Below, piece by piece: positions 28,224 through 36,918 of a DNA stretch of 64,000 bases. The notes under the pieces were generated by a model. That model made no database searches and was not told the origin of the DNA. It saw nothing but the letters and a program-made list of their open reading frames with translations. Numbering within the stretch: the stretch's first letter is position 1; each line of letters starts with the position of its first letter. Origin of the DNA: Candidatus Bathyarchaeota archaeon (GTDB lineage: Archaea; Thermoproteota; Bathyarchaeia; Bathyarchaeales; WUQV01). The stretch covers positions 3,827-67,826 of the forward strand of contig JAGGVF010000008.1 in assembly GCA_021158125.1 (NCBI GenBank). The letters run 5' to 3'. The translations under genes were made by a program, and so were the position numbers.

Positions 28224-30317
28224 ATGGAAAAGTACACATTAATAGTTACAGAAAAACCTGAAGCAGCTAGACGAATTGCCGAAGCGCTAAACTTAAAGGG
28301 TAAACCGAAAAAGCATGAAGAAAATGGGGTTCCTTACTATATTGCTGAAAGAAATAAGAAAATAGTTATTGTTCCCGCCTTAGGACATCTTTTCACAGTA
28401 ACTCACGAGAGAGGTGGAAGAAACTATTATCCAGTCTTCAATTTTATGTGGGCTCCCAGATATAAGGCTGAGCGAGGCGCACAACAAATTCGAACATGGA
28501 TAGAAACCATATCTAAACTTGCCGAAAACGCTAATGAATTCATCGACGCATGCGACTATGACATAGAAGGAAGCGTAATAGGCTATTGCATACTTAAATA
28601 CGCATGCAAAAGTAAGGAATCAGTAGCTAAGAGAATGAAGTTTTCAACGTTAACTAAGGCTGAACTGGAGAATGCCTACGAGAATCCGCTGCCAAAACTG
28701 GATTTTGCTTTAATAGAAGCGGGTAGAACGAGGCATGAAGTAGATTGGCTTTACGGCGTAAACTTAACGCGGGCCTTAACCCTAGCGGCAAGTAGGTCAA
28801 GCGGAAAATATGCCACCCTCAGCACCGGGAGAGTTCAAGGGCCAACCTTAAAGTTTCTTGTAGCCAGAGAAAAAGCCATAAGAAGTTTTGTTCCAATACC
28901 TTACTGGTCTATTAGAGCTGAAGTTGAAATTAAAGGTAAAATATACGAAGTTGAATATGAAAAGGAAATAATCAAGAAGAAAATAGAAGCAGACAAAATA
29001 ATTGAAGCTTGCCAGGGAAAAACTGGCAAAATTGAGAAAATAGAAGTTAGAAAGTTTAAGCAAGCGCCTCCTATTCCGTTTGATATTGGAGGTTTGCAGA
29101 CAGAAGCCTACAGCCTTTTCGGGTACACGCCGAGAAGAACGCTGAACATAGCTGAACGGCTCTATTTAAGCGCATTAATATCATATCCGAGAACAAGCAG
29201 TCAAAAACTACCGCCAGTGATAAATTACGAAAACATTCTGAAAGGATTAAGCAAAAACCCATCATACAGAAAATTAACTGCAGAATTGTTAGGAAAAGAA
29301 AAGCTTACACCAAGAGAAGGGAAGAAAGAAGACCCTGCGCATCCAGCCATATATCCAACCGGCAACATGCCCGACAGAGAGCTAAGCGAACCTGAAAGGA
29401 GAATATGGGACCTTGTGGTTAGGCGTTTTATGGCAGTTTTCGGCGAACCAGCAATCAAAGAAAGCATGAAAGTTACGATAGACGTTAATGGACACCGCTT
29501 CTTCCTTCGTGGGAGAAGAGTTCTAAAAGAAGGATGGACAAAGTTTTACGCTCCTTACATTAGAAGCGAAGAAATAATTCTCCCTTCATTAAAAGAGGAA
29601 GAAGAAGTAAAAATTGTAAGAGTAATAAGGGATGATAAGTTTACAAAGCCTCCTGCAAGGTATAATCCAAGCAGCTTGCTCAAAAAGATGGAAGAAGAAG
29701 GAATAGGAACTAAAGCGACAAGGGCGGACATAATTCAAACCCTCTATAACCGAAGATATATACGTGAAGAAAGAATAGTTGTAACAGATTTAGGCTTCGA
29801 CATAATAGAAGTTTTAGAAAAATACTGCCCACAAGTCATAAGCGTCCAGTTAACACGTGAACTAGAAAGCAAAATGGAAAAAATTCAAAGCAACGGCGAA
29901 AAAAGAGAAAACGTACTATTCGAAGCAGTTAACTTCCTCAAACCAATTCTTGAAGAAATCAAGAGCAAAGAGGCAGCCATAGGTAAAGCCTTAAACCAAG
30001 CTGTAAAAAAGGCGAGAATAGAAGAAAGAATAATTGGAAAGTGCCCAAACTGCGGAACAGGGCAATTAATGATTCTATATTCAAGAAAAACCAGAAAACG
30101 CTTCATTGGATGCACAAACTACTTTAAAGGACTATGCAAAACCTCCTTCCCGCTTCCGCAAAGGGGAACCTTAAAACCAACAGGTGCACAATGCAAACAA
30201 TGCGGATGGCCAACAATACAAGTCAGAATGAAGGGAAGAAGGCCATGGACCTTGTGCTTTAATCCCCAATGCCCCTCCAGAGAAAGGAGGAAAAAAGTTG
30301 AAGTGCAAAATATGTGA
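28224..30317 (+). CDS. topA: Type IA DNA topoisomerase
   Basis: Toprim N-terminus YTLIVTEKPEAARRIAEAL, SYPRTSSQKLP active-site Tyr region, and C-terminal Zn-ribbons CPNCG../CKQCG... Start moved to ATG 28224. Confidence 0.9.
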   Translation: MEKYTLIVTEKPEAARRIAEALNLKGKPKKHEENGVPYYIAERNKKIVIVPALGHLFTVTHERGGRNYYPVFNFMWAPRYKAERGAQQIRTWIETISKLAENANEFIDACDYDIEGSVIGYCILKYACKSKESVAKRMKFSTLTKAELENAYENPLPKLDFALIEAGRTRHEVDWLYGVNLTRALTLAASRSSGKYATLSTGRVQGPTLKFLVAREKAIRSFVPIPYWSIRAEVEIKGKIYEVEYEKEIIKKKIEADKIIEACQGKTGKIEKIEVRKFKQAPPIPFDIGGLQTEAYSLFGYTPRRTLNIAERLYLSALISYPRTSSQKLPPVINYENILKGLSKNPSYRKLTAELLGKEKLTPREGKKEDPAHPAIYPTGNMPDRELSEPERRIWDLVVRRFMAVFGEPAIKESMKVTIDVNGHRFFLRGRRVLKEGWTKFYAPYIRSEEIILPSLKEEEEVKIVRVIRDDKFTKPPARYNPSSLLKKMEEEGIGTKATRADIIQTLYNRRYIREERIVVTDLGFDIIEVLEKYCPQVISVQLTRELESKMEKIQSNGEKRENVLFEAVNFLKPILEEIKSKEAAIGKALNQAVKKARIEERIIGKCPNCGTGQLMILYSRKTRKRFIGCTNYFKGLCKTSFPLPQRGTLKPTGAQCKQCGWPTIQVRMKGRRPWTLCFNPQCPSRERRKKVEVQNM

Positions 30318-30528
30318 CAAGGAAACAGAAAGCGAATTCTGCAGTTTCCACCAGAAAGCCTACGAAAATTTAATAAAAAACTACGAAGAATGGAAGAAAG
30401 CTTTAGAAATAAGCTGGGAAGACTATTTAAATGAGATAATAAAAAATCCATATAGCGGAAAATGGGTAAAAGAGGTAGCCGAATATTTGACTAAACACGG
30501 AGGGAAAACGCCACGGCAAGAAAAATGA
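30298..30528 (+). CDS. Small Cys/His-knuckle protein (76 aa, TTG start)
   Basis: MKCKICDKETESEFCSFHQ (CxxC-x8-CxxH). AGGAGG 7 nt upstream of the TTG. Overlaps the topA 3' end by 20 nt, and its stop overlaps the next ATG. Confidence 0.5.
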   Translation: MKCKICDKETESEFCSFHQKAYENLIKNYEEWKKALEISWEDYLNEIIKNPYSGKWVKEVAEYLTKHGGKTPRQEK

Positions 30529-30932
30529 AAAGAAAGGCGAAATCCTTCTCCTTTAGGCTCAGAAAACTTTGGGATAGAATAATTACCTATAAACCTTCAA
30601 TCTGGATTATTGGAGGAACAATTATGGCAATCTGTATATTCTTTTTAGGAGGAGGAATCTACGATATACTAGTAAAACCCGGAATACTTGGACAATGGCA
30701 AGGACGCATACTAACCTTTTATCCACAGAGAATTAACGAGCAATTTTTGATGGAAAGCATACTTGTTTCAATACTTTACGCTTTAGGAGCAGTTGGCTTA
30801 ATTTTAACTTATCAAAGCACAAAGTATGTTTACAAGCCAAGACAAGCCTATATAATGCTAATAGTTGGAGTATCAATGGTTACAGTGGTGTATATTCTCA
30901 TCGAAATAAGCCTAAGAAATAAAATAGGATAA
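30525..30932 (+). CDS. Small multi-pass membrane protein resembling eukaryotic OSTC/DC2 (Ost3/6 membrane core)
   Basis: FLGGGIYDILVKPGILG and FYPQRINEQFLMESILVSILYALGAVGLILTYQS align by eye with human OSTC ITGGIIYDVIVEPPSVG and [32 protein letters not shown]. Length and TM layout are similar. Confidence 0.5.
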   Translation: MKRKAKSFSFRLRKLWDRIITYKPSIWIIGGTIMAICIFFLGGGIYDILVKPGILGQWQGRILTFYPQRINEQFLMESILVSILYALGAVGLILTYQSTKYVYKPRQAYIMLIVGVSMVTVVYILIEISLRNKIG

Positions 30933-30962
30933 TAAGACATGAAAACGTCAAAGATAAACGCC

Positions 30963-31454
30963 CTAAAAAGGATGACTTTTTAATTTAAGCAGGTACGCTA
31001 AAAAATTAGTTATTAAATGAACTGGTGGAGTAATTACAATTATGGTGATGAAAACTTCTAATGTTGGAGGCATTAACAGAAAAGAAAAAAGCGTAGCCCC
31101 TAAAACAAAGTCAAGTTGGTCTGCTACTGGAAGCATTTTTCCGGGTTTTAATCCTATTCTTCTTTTGAAAAAGGATTTTACTAGGTCTCCGGTTAGGGCG
31201 CCGAGGGAAGTGATAAATCCGAAAAGTATGGGGTAACCGAAAAATAGATTTTCGGCAATACCAACAAGTGAGCCTATAATTAATCCTGAGAAGAAACCTC
31301 TGAAAGTCTTGTTTTCTCCAAAGATTCGACGGCCATCTTTGTAATTTTTCCCTAAGTCGAGGGGTTTTCCTCCGCCGATTATTACTGGTGTGGCATTGGC
31401 GCAGTAGGCGGGAAGTATGAATTTTAGGGCTTCTATTATTGTCTCTATTATCAA
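30963..31454 (-). CDS. carS: CDP-archaeol synthase
   Basis: ILPAYCANATPVIIGGGKPLDLG..GENKTFRGFFSG..GDLVKSFFKRR, the CarS (DUF46) signature. Five TM, 163 aa. Confidence 0.85.
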   Translation of the reverse strand: MIIETIIEALKFILPAYCANATPVIIGGGKPLDLGKNYKDGRRIFGENKTFRGFFSGLIIGSLVGIAENLFFGYPILFGFITSLGALTGDLVKSFFKRRIGLKPGKMLPVADQLDFVLGATLFSFLLMPPTLEVFITIIVITPPVHLITNFLAYLLKLKSHPF

Positions 31455-32194
31455 GTTTGTTCATCTATGGCGGTTATGCCTCTTTGGGTGATTTTCAGAA
31501 AGCACGTTTTAAGTTTTTTCTGTTCTGGATGTTTCTCCAGAACGGCTTTTATTACATATGGACGTGTTGTCGGCTTCAGATTTATAACGGTGTCTGCCCA
31601 GAATTTTAGGACTCTTGTCGCAACGGGTTCAACAATCATTTCTTCGGTTTGGAGGACGCTTCTAACTTGGCTTGTTAATAGGACTGTCATTTTTCTTGTT
31701 TTTGCCAGCTGCGATAGATATGCTAGTTGTCTGTTTAGTTCTCTGTTTAATTTGAAAATTTTCTTTGAGTTTTCGGCGAGTTCGGCTCTGTATAGCGATG
31801 TAACTGTGTCAATTGCTATTAAACGGACTTTTTCTGTAATTAAGTTTTCAAGTTGGTCGATTAAGTAGGATTGCTGTTTAAAATTTTCTGGTTTTGCTAG
31901 GATTATTTTTTCTGCGATTTCTTCGTAGTCTTCGGGGGCTATTTGGATTAAACGTTGGGTTGAGAAGCTTCCGTCGCAGTCGACCAGTATTGTTTTTAGT
32001 TTCATTCTTCCGCAGTTGACAGCGCACTGGATAGTCAGAGTGGTCTTCCCTGTTTCAGCTTCTCCATAGATTAAATTTAGAGTTTCAGCTGTTAGTCCTC
32101 CCATTAGTAATCTGTCGAGCGAACTGCACCCTGTTGAGATTACCAGTCTCAATGCTGTTTCACACGTCAAAGCCAAAATAGTTAAGCTTAACAT
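31451..32194 (-). CDS. radB: RadB-like RecA-family ATPase
   Basis: ISTGCSSLDRLLMGGL, Walker A GEAETGKTT, Walker B LIAIDTV. The longest ORF (TTG at 32245) would overlap the divergent gene, so ATG 32194 is preferred. The start remains uncertain. Confidence 0.7.
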   Translation of the reverse strand: MLSLTILALTCETALRLVISTGCSSLDRLLMGGLTAETLNLIYGEAETGKTTLTIQCAVNCGRMKLKTILVDCDGSFSTQRLIQIAPEDYEEIAEKIILAKPENFKQQSYLIDQLENLITEKVRLIAIDTVTSLYRAELAENSKKIFKLNRELNRQLAYLSQLAKTRKMTVLLTSQVRSVLQTEEMIVEPVATRVLKFWADTVINLKPTTRPYVIKAVLEKHPEQKKLKTCFLKITQRGITAIDEQT

Positions 32195-32234
32195 TAATAA
32201 CTTTGTTCTACTAAACATTAAGTGAAAGAAGCTT

Positions 32235-32879
32235 ATGAAAGCCAAAATTGCCCTTGCAACAGTTTCAGGGAAGGCATACTACTTGCTAGTTAGCGAGCTT
32301 AAGCGAAGAAAAATAAATTTCTTAAGCCTCACCCCCTTCGAGCAAATACCCGCTAATGTAAAGGTGGTAATCACAACCGCAAAGGAGCGGAATCTAATTT
32401 CTCACAGCAACGTGCTTGCCTTTCACGAGGACGACGACCCAGCAGAAATAGTTGAAGAGGCAGAAAGGATTGCTGAAGGGAAGGAGTCATATGAAAAGCT
32501 GGTTATAGGAGTTGACCCCGGGAAAAACTTTGGAATCGCAGTGCTTGGTGACGGCAAGGTAATTGAGGCATTAAACTGCTCCAATATCTATGAAACTGTA
32601 AACGTTATCAAAAAAGCAATAGAAAGGGAACCAGCCGAAAAAGTCTACGTAAAAGTTGGAGACGGAACACCGGAATATACTAACGCCCTAATGCAACTAC
32701 TAGATAAAGCTTTGCCCGAAACCGTTATAATTGAAAAAGTTCATGAAGCCGGAACAAGCCGTTATTCAATTGAAGAAAAGCATAGACGAGGATTACGAGA
32801 TGTTATGTCTGCAATAAAAATTGCTGGGCGAAACGGTCAAAAACTGAGCAGAAAGGGAGGAAAAGAAAGTGAAATGTGA
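32235..32879 (+). CDS. RNase H-fold (RuvC/YqgF-like) putative nuclease
   Basis: LVIGVDPGKNFGIAVLGDGKVI is the typical first beta-hairpin with a catalytic Asp. Preceded by an extra N-terminal domain of about 90 aa. Confidence 0.45.
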   Translation: MKAKIALATVSGKAYYLLVSELKRRKINFLSLTPFEQIPANVKVVITTAKERNLISHSNVLAFHEDDDPAEIVEEAERIAEGKESYEKLVIGVDPGKNFGIAVLGDGKVIEALNCSNIYETVNVIKKAIEREPAEKVYVKVGDGTPEYTNALMQLLDKALPETVIIEKVHEAGTSRYSIEEKHRRGLRDVMSAIKIAGRNGQKLSRKGGKESEM

Positions 32880-34155
32880 CGTTGATGCGGGAAAAACCTT
32901 ACTTGTTGACGGCCCCGCGTCAATAGACATTGTTTCAGGAGAAGTTGAAGTTTTAGCCGCCCCTATGAAGGCTGGAACCCGAATAATTGTTAGGGAAGGG
33001 AAAAGAATTCCGTTAGAGGTTAAGTCCAACGCTTCCTTTGAAATAATGCTTGGAGAAGGTGCCTCATACGAAGAGGTTGAAGGCTCAACCATTCCTGAAA
33101 ACTGGATAAAAACTGCAAAGGAGATAGTTTCCGAAGCTTCTTCAAAACTCGGATTTGTAGCCACAATTATGGGCGAAGTAGATTCCGGAAAAACGAGCTT
33201 TTGCACTTACTTAGCGAATACAGCCATAAAAGAGAAATTGAAAGTAGCCATCATCGACGGAGATTTAGGGCAATCCGACATAGGGCCGCCTTCTACAATC
33301 GGCTACTCAATACTCAAAGGACACGTTAAAGACCTTTTCGACGTTAACGCTGAAGATGCATACTTTATTGGTTTAACAAGTCCTGGAGCAGCAACAAAAG
33401 AGGTTATCGAGGGGCTATGTAAGCTTAAAGAGAAGGTTATGATGGAAGAGGCCGAACTGGTAGTGGTGAACACTGACGGTTGGATTGAGGGGGAGGACGC
33501 TGCAAGTTATAAACTGAGACTTGTGGATGCCTTAAAACCGGACGCAGTTGTGGGAATCCAGCAAAACGATGAACTACTGCATATTTTAAGCGGAATTGGA
33601 GGAGCAAAAGTCTACATAATTGATTCCCCTTCGGCAATTAAGAAGAGAGACAGAGAAAAAAGGAAGATTTTGAGGGAGCTTAGCTATAAGAAGTATCTGC
33701 GCGGGGGAAAGGTTCAATCGTTCCTGATAAACTGGATAAATCTTGAGGGAACCCTTCTCGGTAAAGGAATTCAACCATCCAAGGAAAGAATGAGGCAGAT
33801 AGAAAATCTTTTAGGAGTTAAACCGTGGTATTGCGAGGAAACTCAAAAAACAATTTTGATAGTTTTAGGCAGAGGAAAATGGGTAGCTGAGGAAAACATC
33901 AGAAAACTTGAGGAAAACATTAAAAAACGAATTAAAATTTTCCGTGAAGGAGAAGAAACAGGACTTCTTGTCTCTTTGAAGGATATTAACGGAAAATTTT
34001 TGGGGATAGGTGTTTTGCAGGGTATAGATTATAAACGTAAGGCCATCAAGATTTACACTCCAGTTAAGGAAGGAATACACACCGTTCATATAGGCCAGGT
34101 TAAGCTTGACAAGGAAGGGAAGGAAATAGGAATCTGCACAATTTTCACAAATTAA
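32869..34155 (+). CDS. clp1: Clp1/Grc3-family polynucleotide 5'-hydroxyl kinase (archaeal COG1341 type)
   Basis: Walker A GEVDSGKTSF followed by IIDGDLGQSDIGPPSTIG. GTG start overlapping the upstream gene by 11 nt. Confidence 0.7.
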   Translation: MKCDVDAGKTLLVDGPASIDIVSGEVEVLAAPMKAGTRIIVREGKRIPLEVKSNASFEIMLGEGASYEEVEGSTIPENWIKTAKEIVSEASSKLGFVATIMGEVDSGKTSFCTYLANTAIKEKLKVAIIDGDLGQSDIGPPSTIGYSILKGHVKDLFDVNAEDAYFIGLTSPGAATKEVIEGLCKLKEKVMMEEAELVVVNTDGWIEGEDAASYKLRLVDALKPDAVVGIQQNDELLHILSGIGGAKVYIIDSPSAIKKRDREKRKILRELSYKKYLRGGKVQSFLINWINLEGTLLGKGIQPSKERMRQIENLLGVKPWYCEETQKTILIVLGRGKWVAEENIRKLEENIKKRIKIFREGEETGLLVSLKDINGKFLGIGVLQGIDYKRKAIKIYTPVKEGIHTVHIGQVKLDKEGKEIGICTIFTN

Positions 34156-34173
34156 CCCGGTAAGTAAAATAGC

Positions 34174-36120
34174 CTAATTACGACCTGTTGTTGGAAAACC
34201 GAAGAAAAGCATCAACTCTTTTGCTATTCTCCCATCTTCGTCCGGAAGTGTCTTGATATTTCTCCTAATCCAGTTTGGAAGGAACCTCTGACAGTAGATT
34301 GTGGCAAAGCGGTAGTCCAAGAATATTATTGCCCCTTTATCGTCGAGGGTCCTTATGGGTCTCCCGGCGGCTTGTGATGCCTTTTTTAACGCTGGAAGGA
34401 TATAGCCGTATTCTCTGCCTTTCCCTGGAAAACGGCTCTCATAATATCTCACTTGAGACTTTACTCTTGGAGTTGGCTCTGCGTAGGGAACGCCGACTAT
34501 AACAACAGCGTTCATACTATCACCGGGATAATCAACCCCTTCGCTTGACCGACCGCCTTGAACACCGAGCAAAACTGCTCCTCCCTTTTTCGAGTAGTCT
34601 TTAAACCGTTTAATGAGTTGTTCATTATCCTTCGATCTCATTCCTTTCCTTTCATAAAATAGTGGTTTTTCAATTAAATCCTCTACTCCGGCGGCGAGTA
34701 TTCCTTCTAGAACGTCGAAGGAGGCGGTGAAAACTCCTACGTTGGCTGGTGTGAACCTTGCAACTTCAGCTATTCTTAACGCTAGTTTCCGGTACATTTC
34801 ATCTGTTCGCTTTTGCATAGCCGTCGTTACTCCTCTACAGACAAGTGCTAGTATATGCTCATGTGGAAAAGGTGAGGAAACCGCATGTAAAACTGTTTGT
34901 TTGGGCATTGATGTCACTTGCATGTAAGCTTCTAAAGGTTCCAAGGTCCCTGACATGACAACGCTTGCATAAACTGTGGAGAAAACAGGTTCAGTTATCT
35001 TTGCCGGGTCTAAAGCCACGATTTCAAGCTTAGCCGAAGTTTTTCCCGCTTTTGTCTGATACTTACTTATAACATGTGTAAAGGATGGGTCTTCGCTTGT
35101 TTCCATCCATTTTATGAGAAATTCGGCTATTCTGCGGATATATGAGCGGGGATACTTCCCTTTTGCCAGAAGGTTATGGCGAATTATCTCGCCTAGACTT
35201 AAAAGCTCCTCAAAAAATGTTAGGGGCTGAGAAACATCTGCCTTTGTCTTTAATAGGTCTAAAAAGAATTTTGGCGGCAATTGAGCTTCATCTTTTACTG
35301 ATTCGGCTATTCTCTCAACAATTTTATGTAGTTTTTTGCAGAAAACTGCAGCATCCTCGTAGCCTTGCTCCTTCGCTTCCCTTTCACCTTGCCTAATTGT
35401 GAAAAGGGAAAGTTCGTCGCTTGCGATTTCTATAGCTGTGTCTGGAAGGTTATGGGCTTCGTCAACGATTAAAATGAACCTTTCCATGGGAGTTTCTAAT
35501 TTTTTGAAGAAAACACTTCTTATCAACGGGTCAAATATGTAGAGATAACTTAAGGCGATAACATCAACCTCTTCCAGCATAAGTTTTGTGAATTCATATG
35601 GACAAAATCCTTGAGACTTGCATATTTTGAGGATTTCACTTGCTTTTAAAGTTTCATTAGATAATTCGTAGAGAAGTTCAGCGCAAGAGTTGAATTCCTC
35701 CTCAATTTTCGCATAATATGGGCATTCTTTTCTCGCCCTTAACAATCTGCATATTTCCATTACTGAACGTGTATCCCTTGCATGTCTCAAAACAAACGGA
35801 TGTAGACACATTTCGCTTCGTCCACGTATGGAAATCCCTGAAACTGGCTGTTTCCTCGATATTGCCTTTAACTCTTCTATTACACGGTCATGCTGCCTAT
35901 GGGTTTTAGCCAAATAAAGGATACGTAAGTTTTTTTCCTTGGCAACTGGGAGACACGCAGAAAGCGCCGATACAGTTTTTCCTAACCCATTGCTTCCTTC
36001 AATTAAAATGCTCTTCCCTTCAGATACAGCCCCGTAAACCGCCTGTATGAACTCGTCTTGAAACGGCCTAACAGACTTGTAAGGGAAGTACTCAGCAGCC
36101 ATTTTCGGGATTTCAAGCAT
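34174..36120 (-). CDS. xpd: XPD/Rad3-family 5'-3' DNA helicase with an Fe-S domain
   Basis: GSNGLGKT Walker A, VDEAHNL (DEAH), and a Cys cluster region (EMCLHP..ECPYY..GFCPYE). Confidence 0.9.
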   Translation of the reverse strand: MLEIPKMAAEYFPYKSVRPFQDEFIQAVYGAVSEGKSILIEGSNGLGKTVSALSACLPVAKEKNLRILYLAKTHRQHDRVIEELKAISRKQPVSGISIRGRSEMCLHPFVLRHARDTRSVMEICRLLRARKECPYYAKIEEEFNSCAELLYELSNETLKASEILKICKSQGFCPYEFTKLMLEEVDVIALSYLYIFDPLIRSVFFKKLETPMERFILIVDEAHNLPDTAIEIASDELSLFTIRQGEREAKEQGYEDAAVFCKKLHKIVERIAESVKDEAQLPPKFFLDLLKTKADVSQPLTFFEELLSLGEIIRHNLLAKGKYPRSYIRRIAEFLIKWMETSEDPSFTHVISKYQTKAGKTSAKLEIVALDPAKITEPVFSTVYASVVMSGTLEPLEAYMQVTSMPKQTVLHAVSSPFPHEHILALVCRGVTTAMQKRTDEMYRKLALRIAEVARFTPANVGVFTASFDVLEGILAAGVEDLIEKPLFYERKGMRSKDNEQLIKRFKDYSKKGGAVLLGVQGGRSSEGVDYPGDSMNAVVIVGVPYAEPTPRVKSQVRYYESRFPGKGREYGYILPALKKASQAAGRPIRTLDDKGAIIFLDYRFATIYCQRFLPNWIRRNIKTLPDEDGRIAKELMLFFGFPTTGRN

Positions 36121-36122
36121 TT

Positions 36123-36797
36123 TTAGGCCTCTCTATACTTTGGACATAAATCATTGATTGGGCAGCCTTTACAGTTCGGTTTTCTGGCCTTACAGTATTT
36201 TCTACCGAGCATTATTAGAAGAATGTGAACGTCAAAATAGTCTTTGGGACTGTATAAAGCTTGAAGTTTTTCTCTAATTTCCTCATAATCAGCGTCTTTC
36301 GGCGCAAAACCAAGTCTTTTTGAAACCCGCTTAATATGAGTATCAATCGGTATAGTTGGTTTTTTAGCTCTAAACAACAGAAGAACATCAGCTGTCTTCG
36401 GCCCTATTCCAGGCAATTCTAGGAGAGTTCTGCGGGCTTCTTCAAATGGCAACTCATGTATAAAATTGAGCGCTCCCCCAAAATTCTCCATGACTATCTT
36501 TGCAAGTCTTTTTATTGTTCGAGCCTTGTTTCGGTAAAGCCCCGCCACTTTCAATGATTCTTCAATTTCTGAGAGTGGAGCTTTCGAAAGGGCTTCGGGG
36601 GTTATTGGAAATTTCTTCGATAAATTTTCGAAGGCACGAGCGGTGTTGCGGTCGGCAGTGTTCTGGGAAATAACAGTAACGATTAACGTTTCAAAATCGC
36701 TACTTCTTGAAGAGACCCACTTTGGAAGGGCGAAATTTTCACGTAGCACATTTAGTATCTTATTGGCTCTTTCAACCTCAGACTGCATAATCCTCAC
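36123..36797 (-). CDS. nth: Endonuclease III (HhH-GPD glycosylase/lyase)
   Basis: LPGIGPKTADVLLLF helix-hairpin-helix and a C-terminal CKARKPNCKGCPINDLC (C-x6-C-x2-C-x5-C) 4Fe-4S loop. Confidence 0.9.
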   Translation of the reverse strand: MRIMQSEVERANKILNVLRENFALPKWVSSRSSDFETLIVTVISQNTADRNTARAFENLSKKFPITPEALSKAPLSEIEESLKVAGLYRNKARTIKRLAKIVMENFGGALNFIHELPFEEARRTLLELPGIGPKTADVLLLFRAKKPTIPIDTHIKRVSKRLGFAPKDADYEEIREKLQALYSPKDYFDVHILLIMLGRKYCKARKPNCKGCPINDLCPKYREA

Positions 36798-36918
36798 TCA
36801 ATAGTAAGAGCACGGCCAATATGAAAGTTGTTGAAGTCTAATTGCTGTATGTAACATACTCTCTCGCACAAGCTCATTTCAAAAACTAGCCAGAGTGTAG
36901 AATTGAGGAAGAGTCTAA

